DNA of 64,000 bases from Octopus vulgaris. Taxonomy: Eukaryota. Numbering within the stretch: the first letter of the stretch is position 1; every line of letters starts with the position of its first letter. Shown here piece after piece: positions 25,901 to 40,699 of this stretch. A program made the position numbers and the translations under genes. The notes beneath the pieces are model-generated. The model searched no databases and was not told the origin of the DNA. It worked only from the letters and a program-made list of their open reading frames with translations. Location of the stretch: the NCBI GenBank assembly GCA_951406725.2, contig OX597821.1, forward strand, positions 105,214,001 to 105,278,000. Direction: 5' to 3'.

Positions 25901-26529
25901 TATAATAAAGAAAATAAATTTATCGACTTCCGGAAAAAGCATACAAAAGATCTATGAAGAAAAAAAGAGATTTACAAAATAGTTGCTTCCCCACCACTGA
26001 AGGGTTTGTTAGAATGAACTGACCAGTACTGCCTTGAATATGTATTTAAAATTTAAAAGAGAACAAGAAGAAATGGTTTATATGATTGTACAATAAATCA
26101 AAGTTTTTGTATTTATATCTTTTGTGAAGAATTTGATGCCAGATATATTTTTTCTTTATGGACAATAACGTAGCATATGATTTTGACAGAATATCAAGGG
26201 TGCAGTGTTTATACAACTACGCATCTTTCTTGTTATCTTTAAAATAAAAGCAAAGGCTGTGTCAATTTATGCTGCTCTCTAAAAAGACAAATATGTTTTT
26301 TGAAATTTTGGTGGAATACCAAGAGATTTAGGCGCAATACACAGCTACCGTATTAACAAATACAACTGTACCCAAGTTTACAAGTCTATGAACACGTTTA
26401 CTCGTACATACTTACTAACAAAAGGAAATAGGGCAGTAAGTTAAACACAATTTGTTACGCAGACAACGAATTTTTGTAAATATTTAATTTGGTTACATAA
26501 CATACAAATAGGCTTGTTATTTGTGGTGA

Positions 26530-27770
26530 GTGGACTAATCAATTGTATCGATCCTAGTGCGTGACTGGTACTTATTTAATCGACAGTGAAAGGATGAAAG
26601 GCAAAGTCGACGTCGGTGGAATTTGAACTCAGGACGTGCAGACAGACAAAACGCCGCTAAGCATCTGGCCCGGTGCACAAAGAATTCTGTCCGATCACCG
26701 TCTTTGAGACAACTTTAATAATCATTTCTACTACAGCAACAACCCCTGAAATTTTTAGGGAGGGGACTAGCATTTCACTGGTAATTAATTGATGGACTCC
26801 GAAATGATGAAAGGCAAAGTCGACCTCGGCGGAATGTTAACTGAAAACGTAGTGACGGGCTAAGCATATATATTCCGCTAAGCATTTCGCACAGCGAGCT
26901 AACGATTTTTATTTTGTTATTGCCCACTGTGGGCGTAAACATAGCGGGGACAAACACAGATAGACAAAAGGATTAAGTCGATTAAATCGACTCCAGTGCG
27001 TAACTGGTACTTAATTTATCGTCCCCGAAAGGATGAAAGACAAAGTCGACCTCGGCGGAATTTGAAGTCAGAACGTAAAGGCAGAAGAAATACCGCTAGG
27101 TATTTCGCCCTGCGTGCTAACGAGTCTGCCAGCTCACCGCCTTTGAAACGTCAGTAATAAACTTTTTTACTCTAGGCACGAAGCCCGACATTTTGGGGGA
27201 AGGGGGCCAATCGATTATATTGAATTCAGTACACAACTGGTAGTTAATTTATCGAGCCCCCGCCAAAGGATGAACGGCAAAGTTGACCTCGGAGGAATTT
27301 GAGACTTCAGTAATAATGAAATATTAAATTATAAAATATAATAATCATTCAGTCGCAAGTGTATTAGTAGCGTTCTATAAACTTGCAAGACGGGAATATA
27401 TGTATTGCTGCGGCTTTTCATCTTCACTCGTAATTAATATTAAAGAGTATATTTTTTTATGTTAATGAAAATCATAATACGAAATCTATCTCAAATATAT
27501 GAAATAAAGTGGAATTGTTCCTTCATTAATTCTGAGAATGTACAATTTGTAATAACACAAAAATATATGAACTGGGGATATAAAGCTGGTTTTAAATTTT
27601 GGCACATATCTACCAATATCGGAACAGGCAACAAGTTAACAACATTCACCCCAGTGCTCAGCTAATATTCATTTTATCGATCTCAAGACGTGCAAAGACA
27701 TAGTCTATCTCGGCGGAATTTGAACTTAAAACGTAAAGACGGTTAAAATGCCGATAAGCATTTTGTCTGT
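26530..27770 (-). mobile_element. Cluster of about five co-oriented SINE A units
   Basis: The GATGAAAGGCAAAGTCGAC..CGG.GGAAT core recurs near 26593, 26806, 27032 and 27269, and in diverged form at ~27690. Confidence 0.85.
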
Positions 27771-29535
27771 CTTTACATTCGCATACCAAATAAACTTCCC
27801 TAATTTTCTCCAGTGGAACAAGTTAAAGTTCATGGAAAGTAGCATCTACGAAACTAGAATTAATTGTAAGACATTCTAAATTCTCCTAATTGTGCACAGA
27901 CGTTCAGTTACTCAACATTCGGTCCAAAATCTATATTATCTTCGAGATTACACACCCTCACATGCAAAACCTGTATGTCATATTTATAAAATTAGCCACA
28001 ATAAATGCTATTGTATAACTGGCAGAGATATAATTTACTGCACTTGGACGTTTTGTTAGCACTAATGTAATTTAAATTTGCATGCTGAAAATATCCATTC
28101 AAAATGCGTATTCACATAGAACAATAAGATATTATGTGTCGTACGGTGTCTGGCGTAACTGCTGTGTATCCCGGTCCAAACGCACAGCTCATCAGCATTA
28201 ACTGCACGGTGAGCTCTATCTATAGAGCATTTTAGATGCATATAACAGAAGTTCTTACAGCTATGATTTTAAAGAGAAATAAGTATTCAAATTTCGTTGC
28301 AAACTTAATGCATGTTAAAGTCTGAGAGCGTGATTATATATATAAGCAATAATACGGAATTAGTAAGTCGTTAGACCGTGATTGGAATTTTCCCTTTTAG
28401 TATTGGTTCTCTCTTCTGAGACTTCAAATCTCTCCGATGACAATTTTTAATATTCATTCAGAATAAATCTAGCAGTCAATTACTATCCCGAAGTTATCAT
28501 AGCTCCATCTATGTGTCTTTCTCTCACTCACACACACATACATATACACACATACATTTTAACGTTAGTAATTCTCGGACTGGGCGTATACTGACTTGTG
28601 AAGGAAGAAACGTTCAGCTCACATATTTGCAATTGTTTCACTATCAATCCTTCGATAAAACAAACAGCAGACTGGGAAATTAAATCGCAATTTTTATACG
28701 CACGTTCATATATGCGTACAGGCACGCGTACATACATGCGTACGCACATACGTACATACATACATACATACATACATACATACATACATACATACATGCA
28801 TACATGCATATATTTTTAAACATGCATGTATTTATTATCGGCTCGTTGCAGTGAAATATTCATATAGTAATTGAAAATAATGTTATCTGTTAACAAAACA
28901 TTTTCCACATCAAAACACTGCCTCACGCTACTACCCCAACGCATGGTGCATATTGAAAAATAATTACAGAACGAATACTAAGTAAAATGCATTACTGCCT
29001 GGTGTTATATAATATCCTGGTAGTAGGAGACTTACTAGTAACAAATATCAATTATAGTTCAGCGAAAGTTAACTTTGACGGAATTATAAAAAACACAAGA
29101 GAATGTGCGTAGAAAATATTAACTTCATATCATCGATACACCCACCTACTTCTTTTCCTATCACGCTGAGTTCAACAAATAATAGATTCATAATTAGCTT
29201 TTGAAACCTACAATTGTCGAAGGTGGAGAGTAAATGTGGCATAAAATATTATAGATTTACTTGTTGGCTGTAATGAAATTATGTAGATTGTTTCCATTGA
29301 AAAAAGAAGATCAAGCACATTGATCACCACATGAAAAGAATAACATATTGTTATGAGTTATTTAGCTTATTAACAAGATAAATGCTATTAAATCACTTGA
29401 CCTAGAACCGCAATAGTTGAGGCAATTAAAACTGAACTGTATTCCCTCTGTGGGGTAATGATTAAACTCACGTATTATGAATAAACAATGAATGCAATTT
29501 GTGAAATATCAGTCTAAAAGTATTTGACGTCATTT

Positions 29536-29552
29536 CTCTTTGTCTCTCTCTG

Positions 29553-29594
<42 letters not shown>
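29536..29594. repeat. (CT)n microsatellite
   Basis: Direct reading. Confidence 0.9.
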
Positions 29595-29597
<3 letters not shown>

Positions 29598-30254
29598 TTT
29601 TCACACTATTCCCTAACTGATAACTAAAGAAAACTTTCATATTTTTTTTTTGTTATTGTGAAGCTTTGCAAATTAAAAATTAAATAATAGGTGTGTAATA
29701 TTTAAGTGTTTAAACAAAGAATAATTCACTTGGTAAGTCACAAAACACTATTTAGATTTAGAAAAATGAGTTTTAATTCGAAAATCAAAGGAAATAGTAA
29801 TTTTGAAATACTAAAGATATTTAATATATTTTTGTAAATTTTTTATTTTATTTTGTGAAATTGATTTATATGGGGGTTATAAATATTTCCACTTGTTAGA
29901 AACACTATTATCTATAGTTATGTGTGACAACCCTTGCAATGAAAAGTAGAAACAGTAGGTGAATACTTGTAACATGAAATTATGAAACATAGTTGTGCTA
30001 CAATCTAGTACGTGTTAAAGAAGAGCGATACGGTGGATGGTGATTATAGTTGGAATTATATCGATTAAACGAAGTGCCCTTTCTATTCACGTTCTCCGTT
30101 CATACATATAGACCGCACGTATCTATTTAGGCCCTCCTACCAACGTGAAGTCAGAAACAACAATTAAAATTTGTCTTAAGCTTCATGTTCCAGGGTAAAT
30201 GAAATCTCATATCAGAATGTGCAATCTTAAATATAACACCCAGTAATAATATTG

Positions 30255-30269
30255 TAGTAGTAGAAGTAC

Positions 30270-30333
<64 letters not shown>

Positions 30334-30366
30334 TATTGTTGTTGTTGTCGTTGTTGCTGCTGCTGC
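30255..30366. repeat. (AGT)n grading into (GTT)n and (GCT)n
   Basis: Direct reading. Confidence 0.9.
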
Positions 30367-30757
30367 AGCCAGCGCAATATTTTAATTCTGTGATCTATTG
30401 ACATTTTTGTCTCTGGTACAAGAATATTGACTATGATCAGCATCTTAACCACCATACTAACTTATAACAAATTATTTTGATATCAGGTCATCCCATAAGT
30501 TCTGTCCGAATTTTGAATAAAGAAAACAAGTGATCAAATGTTATATTTAAGTTAAATTTAATCATCATGTACTTTCCTTGATCATCTATGACTTCCTCTC
30601 ATCTATTTACAAGCTTTTTAATCCAAACAATGTAAAACTCTTTTCGTTTGAAAGTGAAGAACTCTGAAATGTCAGTTTCCACATCTTCCTGGCTTGCGAA
30701 ATGATTCCTCCCAAATGATTCACACACACACACGCACATACACACGCAAAAACACAC

Positions 30758-30851
<94 letters not shown>

Positions 30852-30960
30852 ATATGTATGTATATAGGTATGTATTTGTGTGTGTATGTATACATATATG
30901 TAAGCGTATTTGTAATATATTCATACATGTATATTTGTTAATATGCTCTACGTACAGAAA

Positions 30961-31350
30961 GCGGCGAGCTAGCAGAGACGTTAGCACGCCGGAAGATTTG
31001 CTTAGCGGTATTTCGTCTGCCGCTACGTTCTGAGTTCAAATTCCGCCGCGGTCGACTTTGCCTTTCATTCTTTCGGGCTCGATTATATAAGTACCAGTTA
31101 CGCACTGGGTTCAATATAATCGACTTAATCCGTTTGTCTGTCCTTGTTTATCCTCTCTGCGTTTAGCCCCTTGTGGGTAGTAAAGAAATATGTATATCGT
31201 CTGTCTGCGTTCTGTTTTCAAATTCGGCTGAGGTCGAATTTGCGTTTCATCTTTTCAGTGTCGATAAATTAAGTACAAGTTGTTTACTGGGGTCGATCTA
31301 ACTGACTGGCCCCGTCCCTAAAAATATCGGGCCCTGTGCATAAAGTGGTG
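30961..31350 (+). mobile_element. SINE A, complete dimeric form
   Basis: Head GCGGCGAGCTAGCAGA...GAGTTCAAATTCC (B-box-like), core, linker, second diverged core from ~31195, then tail. Confidence 0.88.
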
Positions 31351-31672
31351 AAATCATGAAAATATTCAATATATACTTGTGTTACTTTCCTCCAAATAAA
31401 AAAATGTTCTTAGCGTGATGAACGAAAGGGGCAATTTAGAGAAATAGAAGCACAAACCCGGGAGATATTTGAAGAGATAGCGAAGAAATAATTCTTATAT
31501 TTGTATAGTGCAACGCATAATTAGCTTCATAATATTTATCGAAGTTTTCTGTTCGGGAAATTTGAAGAATGCAGTTAAGTATATTACATTTTAAACTAAA
31601 TAAATAAAATTTGATTATACTGAAAACTATAAAGTTATAAAATATATTTCTGCCTTATATAATTTCATAATT

Positions 31673-31905
<233 letters not shown>

Positions 31906-32349
31906 CATACATACATATAGAAATATGACTCATATATATATGATGGAAAAACGAAAGTAAATAATATGTTAAAATAATATGATAAAAACATAACTAAATA
32001 ATTCGCTATTAATCTATTCTAATGAGTTTCCTGTTTAAATCTAATAAACCGCAAAAGCATATCACAGTCGTTATGCAAATAGGCATAGCAACAACAGTAT
32101 GACGATGTTGATCGTAGTTGTGATGGTAGTGGGATGTTGATGGTGACGTTGGTAATTCTATTGGTAGTGGTGGTGTTGCTGATAATGATGATGCTGATTA
32201 TTATGATGTGGTTCCTGTTATTTGTAACGGTGATTGCTATCACTTAATGCGAGCAATAACAACAACAATAACGGACCAAATCAACAATAATAGTGATGAT
32301 CATAACAACAATAACAATAAAGGAAGCAAAAAACACTAAAATCATTAAT

Positions 32350-34270
32350 AATATTGATTTCTCCAACTAAACATGGCGGGCAATTATCTGCGCTCTTACA
32401 TCGGCCGACAAGTTGTTGTGTGGTGTTCCGACTCTCTACACTTATTTTAAAATCTGGTTTCGAATTTTAATGAAGACAAAATTGCTTTTCTTCCTCTTTT
32501 CCATGTTGTTAAAACATTATCACTTTGTAGCGTCGGACTGGCGATGAAGTCTGTTATCTTTCAAATATTTGCTTTCTTACATAAAGGACTACGATGGCAA
32601 ATGTAGGAAGATACTTCTACATTAATTTACCCTTGAACATTTACGGTGTCCAGTGGAGGCGAGATTCATGGCATGGAGAACGGTTAGTCTTCTATAAGGA
32701 ACAAGACAAAATAATGAATACTGCAACGGCATGAATTCATACTTGCGTGATCGATCTCTATTTTGTTGGCACGATTGACCTCTAGTAAAATTACTGACCT
32801 CAAGGAAATGAATTTTCAGGAATATAGAAAGTTTCTTTTCGCCACGTAAGTATAACTTCAAATCGTTGTTGAGGGCTTAACCGTTGCAGAAACTGCTTGA
32901 AATCTTTTATACGCTGAAACTTATTTCGCCTGGCCTTCTCAGCCAAAGGAAAGTGATGCTGCTTTTGCCTTCCCGACAGATTCAATAGATAATCAGATGT
33001 TTCCCAAATATGACACCAGATGTTTGATTATTTCCAGACATCAAAATATGATCGGGCAAGGAATATTTGTGAAAGATTTTGTTCGAACCAGTCCGGATTT
33101 GTTTAGAAAATCCGTCTGGCTAACTCTCTGTAATGCTACGGACACCGTAGACCTGCAGTTGTATATACTAGGAATCACTCCCATACAATTCTGATTAATT
33201 GTTGCTCATATCACTGTTTCATACTCCCATTTTTCGAAATCGATCAACTCGATATGCTTGGTTTTGGCACTATGATCATGTCGGCATCTGCATACGCTGA
33301 CACAGACGATCTGCATTATAGCTTGCGTGAAATGTTCGACAAACTTCCAAGATTATGCAACTGCAGTTCAAAAAGTACATATGGAAGATAGGAGGTGGAA
33401 CAACATCAGCTGACCGAGTGTAAAATGAAAACTTATTTATTCTAACTAGCAACCAGTTGGTCTGCATCACATCACTTAAGTATCTATACGGAACTCAAAA
33501 CAGCTATAGTGATGAAGCCATAGTTATTGGTACATGTGTCATTTGCACTGTAGTTGGACATAAATCGATCAGATTAAAATCCGTTTACGTCCACGCCATA
33601 ACCCATCAAACCAAAGATGACAAACCAGTATCTTAAAATCTTTATTTAACAGAATTATAGGCCGGATAAAAATCAATATGTTCCTAATGGTCCAAAGTCT
33701 CCCATCATAGAGAATTTTTTATTCACAAGCTCTACTGCAAATTTAGTCAAATATCTGGCAGGACTTTGCTGTAGACCATAAATTCCTGTTGATGTCATCC
33801 CGAAAATCTAGATAACAGTTGCTTTTATTTCAACCACTGCTATCTGCTTTCAGCTTTAATCATTGACTCTACTTAATGTACAAGCAGGCCATTGTGACAG
33901 GCGGTGATGCTTCTTTTGTAAATCGTCAATATAGTTTTAAATTCGAACAAAATATCGATGAAAAGCCATATAAACTTGGAATCGTATACCACGTGGTCAT
34001 CACAATCCCACAATGGACGAAATGTGTCTAAGTTTCGACGCACTGTCTTACTTTATAGAAGGTGTATCTCCTCTCATAACGCAGGCCATCTCAGGCACGC
34101 CGCTTTTCTCAAGTGCATCTTTTAAATTTCAAACCAGGTCTCGCATTAAACTGGTTTCTTATTGCTATTTCCTAAAACTTATTCGATTTTCCCGCCCGAT
34201 CCCACCGTGTTTGCAACACGCCCTTTTTGTCATTCAATTACACAAAGTAGAAGTATGTATAGAACAATGA
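32350..34270 (-). mobile_element. Highly decayed L1/Tx1-clade LINE ORF2
   Basis: Minus-strand peptides occur in the expected order: TGIYGL (PGxDGL), RPIILLNKDFKIL (~33660), CSTSYLPYVLFELQL (CPLSPLLYVLxxEPL), SAYADAD (~33295), ATINQN. Boundaries approximate. Confidence 0.7.
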
Positions 34271-34639
34271 ACCTCATGAACCTCATGAACCATAGCGCTC
34301 AAGATGACTGGTATTCCGAATAATTTTGTGTGTCAAAACCTTCTTCACGACTAGTCATTTGCATTCAGCTGTCCGACGAGACATAGATATTTCGAAGCTA
34401 GTCAACCACCCACTTGGTTGAAAAATGCGAACAACGACTGAACAATGTATTTATTCTGACATCAGAGAGAGAAATGTAAGATTCTTGATTGCTATCTCAT
34501 ATATTAACATTGCATCGGGGCTATTAATCAAAGGAAAATGTCAAAAGTTTATCACAAAGTCCACTTACATCTATATGATTTTGTCCATTTTCCTCTCTAT
34601 ATTTACTAATCCTCATCATATAAGTGCTTACATTTATTC

Positions 34640-34860
34640 TGCAATATGAACTACGATTGAAATGAAAACAAGGTCTCACGCTGTAAAAGAAAAAACAAAA
34701 ACACTTCATATCGTGACCGTTGTCATTTGGCACCCAAAATATTTCAGCACCAGAAGGCAGTGCACATGTTTCTCGCAACACAATCCTACAAAATAAGAGA
34801 CACTCGTTAGTTAAAAAATGCAGGCAAAAAGTTTTATTTTCGGGAATGTAATTCAAGTAT
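34640..34860 (+). mobile_element. PLE GIY-YIG C-terminal remnant
   Basis: Frameshifted APK/YFSTRRQCTCF and [14 protein letters not shown] resemble AxPY...CxLC...LNKRxELxxKCRH; followed by a long TA tract. Confidence 0.5.
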
Positions 34861-34985
34861 TTTTGTTAGGAGCTCTATTATTAAGCACATATATTATAAA
34901 CTCATATTATTACATGCTCTAATGTACGTTATATATCTCTGTGTCTGTGAGTGTGTATCTACGTGTGCGTGCGTGTACTTGTGTC

Positions 34986-35340
<355 letters not shown>

Positions 35341-35342
<2 letters not shown>

Positions 35343-35694
35343 GTTGCCATTATGCAAAAGTGTCGTAAACATGAAAAAATAGTTTTCACATTCCATTTAT
35401 TTTTACATTAGCAAAACAGTTTCAGCTTAACACTAATACTTTGTTGTGTGCATTAAATCTTAACTCCATGCATGTGTGATAGTTTTTTTGGCAACATTGT
35501 CATATATGGGACTTACTACACATTTGAAAAATGCTAAACCGTTGTACCACAATTTGGCAATTTTCATACCTTGGCATCTGAAGCGGCTGGAGATACGATA
35601 GTTTGACCAAAATAACTAGCTATTGCAAACAAAGTTAAATTTAAAAAAAAAAAGCGCATTTGGTCAATTTGATAATATAACATAAGTGCCACGA
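35341..35694. mobile_element. Possible TA-flanked MITE
   Basis: Left end CCGTTGCCATTATG versus reverse complement of right end TCGTGGCACTTATG; TA tracts on both sides. Confidence 0.3.
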
Positions 35695-35713
35695 TATACG
35701 TATATCTAAATGC

Positions 35714-35774
<61 letters not shown>

Positions 35775-36026
35775 AATTGAGATAGTGGTTGTAAATGCAA
35801 CCCTCCATGGGATAACATATATCCAATATTCTGCTAGTGAAGTACCCAACAAGGTTAATACATAAATGTTAAGAATTGCGATGCAATTAATTCATTTACT
35901 GTATTATATGGGCAATGGTAAAGTGTTTTACCACAAATTCATAATACAAAATAAGAAAATGGAGAAATACATCCAAATCAAATATCAATTACCAGATAAT
36001 AACCAATCACATACTTTATTAAACCA

Positions 36027-36102
<76 letters not shown>

Positions 36103-36104
<2 letters not shown>

Positions 36105-36357
36105 CTTGAAGGTTTACGAAAATAAACAAAAGACGAAAGCAGGTTTACGAAAATAAACAAAGAACGAAGGCAGGTGGAGTGCAAACAAACAATTGTATTA
36201 GTATGGCGCTCAGGAATAGAAATAAAACAAGTCTTATACGTATCGAGCCAACGCTCTTCGACAGAAAGATACACAGAAAAGAAACAAGGAGAGAAACAAG
36301 GAGAGAAACAAGGAGAGAAACAAGGAGAGAAACGAATCAACATGCGTGCAGAACTAA

Positions 36358-36358
<1 letters not shown>
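36103..36358 (-). mobile_element. PLE-LTR-like short repeat with decayed minimal hammerhead (36231-36270)
   Basis: Closely similar to 40073-40212 and distantly to 13790-13925 (+). Minus strand reads TCTTT-CTGTCGA-A-GAGC(GTTG)GCTC-GATA-CG-TA-TAAGA. Flanked by TA tracts and contains about four copies of the 12-bp unit GAAACAAGGAGA (36281-36333). Confidence 0.6.
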
Positions 36359-36427
<69 letters not shown>

Positions 36428-36473
36428 ATATATATGTGTGTTTGTGTGTGTGTGTATGTATGTATGTATAAGT

Positions 36474-36556
<83 letters not shown>

Positions 36557-37017
36557 CACGTTTATTCATACTCACACTCACACACGCACACACATGCCCG
36601 CGCACACGCCAGAACTTGATTTTCTCGGACGCAACAATTCAAGAAATAGCAGTTGCACTAAAAAAAGAAGTTCTGATTTAGGCATCAGATTCATAGATTA
36701 CAAAAAAAAGATGCTTATCCATAATACCAACTCAATTATTTGACTGGTAATATGCAAATTCTATCATAATTATTTCAGATTCCAGAGCAGATAAAATGAT
36801 GATTCGGTTAAAATTAGGAGTCACAAGAAAGAATGAAGGGTAGATATGTGCAATAACCCATGATACACCAAAATTGTTATTTAAGAAAAATATGTTTCTT
36901 GTTGTCTGGCGATAAAACATATGAGAGGACATGTTTTTACTTCAATAACATTTGCTAAAATACGTTTATACTCTAGTTTTATATAGTATGCTTAATAGAA
37001 GAATGGTTGGGGTGAAT

Positions 37018-37103
<86 letters not shown>

Positions 37104-37224
37104 GGTGGTGGTGATGGTGGTGGTGATGATGGTGGTAGTGGTGATGGTAGTGGTGGTGGTGGTGATGATGGTGGTGGTGGTGGTGATGGTGGTGGTGGTG
37201 GTGGTGGTCGTGTTGGTGTTAGTT

Positions 37225-37272
<48 letters not shown>
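37018..37272. repeat. (GTA)n-(GTG/ATG)n-(GTA)n trinucleotide tract
   Basis: Direct reading. Confidence 0.95.
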
Positions 37273-40032
37273 AATAAAGCATAGTAGTGACACCCGAAAG
37301 CAAACAAAATATGACGTGGTCGTAAGAAAATAATTACTTCACAAATTCACGCATATAGACACTATTTAATTATATACACCGTTGTGTATTGATGTGACTT
37401 GCTAGAAATATCACTCACCTTACCTCCTCCACAAAGTACACAGGATCTGCATTAGCTGGGCAGTATTTTCTTGTGTTGCCGAATTGGTTACAATCCATCG
37501 AGGATTCAAACTAAGCAGCCCGAATACTTATGAGAATAGATCTGTTCAGGTAAATTGAAAATGAGGCGTAGACGTAATTACGTAACAGCTTCCCAATGAT
37601 GGATTCCTTATGCAATTTCTTCTCCTGCAGCTCGCTCGCACCGCAAGAACAGCGTGTTACAAATGGAGATTACTATATTACATTATCTAAATTGAACAAC
37701 TTTTGTGAGACAGGATAGACCTTGCTGAAAGGAATTTGTCAGTAGGTCTGCGCGATCAAACGAAACCTGAGGCGAAAGAGCAGCATCAGCAAATTCAACA
37801 ACATATATTATCACCTTTGTCATCATATTGCAAGGGAAAGAAAATAATTAGATATAATATTGGCTGTTTTATCTAATTTGCCACGACTTATAACTACACA
37901 GACTTTGACTTGTATAACTATAGTATTGCGTCCATTGGAGGTAACATTCTGAGTCTAAGCTAATTTTAAACATATAAGTGAATAATGTACGTTTAGCACC
38001 TGATTAGATGCAACAAAATATATGATACACACACACACACACTCACACATATATATATATACACATATATACACACACACACACATGCATATATATATAT
38101 ATATATATATATGAATTCTTTAAGCAACATGGTATGATTCTAGAATACACCATATTCGCCAGACATACCTACTGTAGACTTCCATTTCTTCCTCGAGATG
38201 AAAATATAGCTCAAATGTCAGCATGTAAACACCATTATGGAGATCAAGAGCGTAAACGTATTCGAAGCCAAGGACTAAAAGCGGTAGCAACGCTTATTCC
38301 AGTGTAAAGGTGACTAGTTCGAAGGAGATGATGTTAAAACTTAGTTAAATAATTTATTTGTTATTAAACTTAACCAGTCCTGAAGCCGTTTCATACCACC
38401 TCCTCTATGGTCTTGTGTGCACCTGTGTGTCTGTTTGTATACGCATATACCACAAGATATTTACTGAAACATTTACTCTCCACCTTGTAAAACGTACGTT
38501 ATATTGCCCATTAATATATGAAAATTATGTTGCAACATTTCTTAATTATTGTTATATACATATGAACCAGTTATGTAAAGGCTTATAGTGGAAGTTTCGT
38601 GGCATGAATTTTATTTAATTCAGATGGAGGACATGAAATATTCCTACAGGTGACTCGCAGTTTAAAATAAACACATAGTAATAGATTTTACTTTACAAAT
38701 TTCTACCGCCCAGAATTCTAAATAGGTTGTATAGATTATTTTTGCTTACGAAATTCGGTTGCACACTAGTTTATTTCGTGTTTGAGTAACCTAAAATGGA
38801 ACGAAGACTTGTGACTTAGAATAGACAGAATTTTCGTTTCCTATTTACTTCGTTAACACCAGCCGCTATCATGAAGGCAACAGTGGTCAACCTTAGTAAA
38901 TGTCATTGCTCTACAACAGTCTTGCTAAGACTTCAGTTTGGGTATAAAACTTACTGCACCTTCTGTCAGCGTGCGAAGTCACGGAATATTAAAACACGGT
39001 GTCCTACATTCTCCGCGTAATATTTATAATACATTGTATCCCACTATGTCACTACTATTAATCTTTTCATTTAGTTGATGTATTCAGTGAGAATATCATA
39101 AAATGGCCTATGATGGTTATTTCATATCAGCGTTTATTCATTGCTTATTGGAGCAGGTGTAAAAATATGGCGTGTATCACATACAAGATTCTACTTGCAC
39201 TCAAACATTTCTGGCAGTTACGGTTTAAGCAGGTATTGCGTAATAGTCTCAGCTAAAGAATTTCTATTTTCGCTCGATTTCTCAGAACCAAATGCCAAAA
39301 CTCTTCCAGATATTGAAATGCCATCTTAAATACGAACAGGATTTCGATTCTGCAATGAAATCTTGAAACCCAACATTAGTGGAAAGATAAAAATATGATG
39401 AAATCCAGAACACCTTCACCATAGGAACTGTTCAAGCACAGTAAAAATCGCAAGATGATTGCATATATATAGCTTCATCCTATATATATTTATCAACGAG
39501 TATGTAAGGAGACATTATATCAGGAGAGATTATAAGCAATAATGTGAAGCAGGTGATAGAGAAAAACAAATGAGTGAAATGATGTATGTTTAATGGCTGT
39601 TTGCATACAACACAAATGAATCATTCTAATTAATACATGTAGCCTAACAGCTGTGTTGTAAATAATGGTAAGCGTATGAATTAACAGAATATCGAGATCT
39701 TATGTGACAGATAATTTCTGTTTAATAATTTATTTTTAAATGAAATGATCTCATCTCTTTATAAGTAATATACCTGTTATCAAATGGCCTGTACATATCT
39801 GCACATAACGCATGTATATATGTGTGTAAGTGTGTGTGTGAGTGTATGTGCTGTATGTATATATGTGTGTAAGCATGCGAGTATGCGTGTAATATTTATA
39901 TATATAAATATATATATATATATGCATATGCGTGTGTTATATATACATATACATATTTACTGTATATTTGTAAAAAAAGACATTCATAGAACACTCCACA
40001 TACATACAGAGGCATACATAAATGTATGTATG

Positions 40033-40072
<40 letters not shown>

Positions 40073-40075
<3 letters not shown>

Positions 40076-40208
40076 CCGGAAGGTTTACGAAAATAAACAA
40101 AAGACGAGAGCAGGTTTACGAAATTAAACAAGAGACGAAGGCAGGTGGAGTACAAACAATCAATATACTAGTATGGCGCTCAGGAATAGAAATAAAACAA
40201 GTCTTTTA

Positions 40209-40212
<4 letters not shown>
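40073..40212 (-). mobile_element. Second, shorter copy of the 36103 element
   Basis: GAAGGTTTACGAAAATAAACAAAAGACG...GGCGCTCAGGAATAGAAATAAAACAAGTCTT is shared; TA tracts on both sides. Confidence 0.8.
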
Positions 40213-40249
<37 letters not shown>

Positions 40250-40699
40250 ACACATTAGTATAATTTTACCTAAAATGTTACGGAGATAGACAAAAAAACA
40301 TGCTGCCTTTAATTCAGCTTAGAAGGTACTCAGGTATCAGAAAGAAAGACTTTTTAGAGATTTTGCTTGTCAGTGTTGTATGGGATCAGTTTTAATTTAT
40401 AGCCAATTGTTCTCAAATCCTTGTATATCTAAAGGTTGAGGGGTCGACAGAAATCAGAGTGGGTATAGGCATAAAAAATCAAGATTTATACGAAGCAAAA
40501 TCATGAGATTTGGTAAAGGAAAACTTAAATCAAGATGTTTGCTGACAATTAAGGGGGCCGGCCACTATCAGACCATTGACAATGAAACAGGGGAAATCTT
40601 ATCATGTAGTACTATCGTTAAATATTATAAATAATAGTGCTATATTGTATAAAGTTGTGGTGTAGGGTTATTCAGAGGATTATTAAGAAGAATTTGATA

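Noticed and set aside
26530-27770. Regularly recurring ~35-bp core resembling a CRISPR array
   Set aside because: The intervening sequences are homologous SINE parts rather than unique spacers; spacing is irregular, there are no cas genes and the context is eukaryotic.
28155-28195. Minus-strand CTGATGA followed by a GCTGTG/CACAGC stem
   Set aside because: No GAAA box after the stem (reads AGTT) and no stem I or III, so it is not called as a hammerhead.
38945-39005. Minus-strand AG...GTAAGT-bounded mini exon
   Set aside because: Stops in all three frames and a weak polypyrimidine tract.
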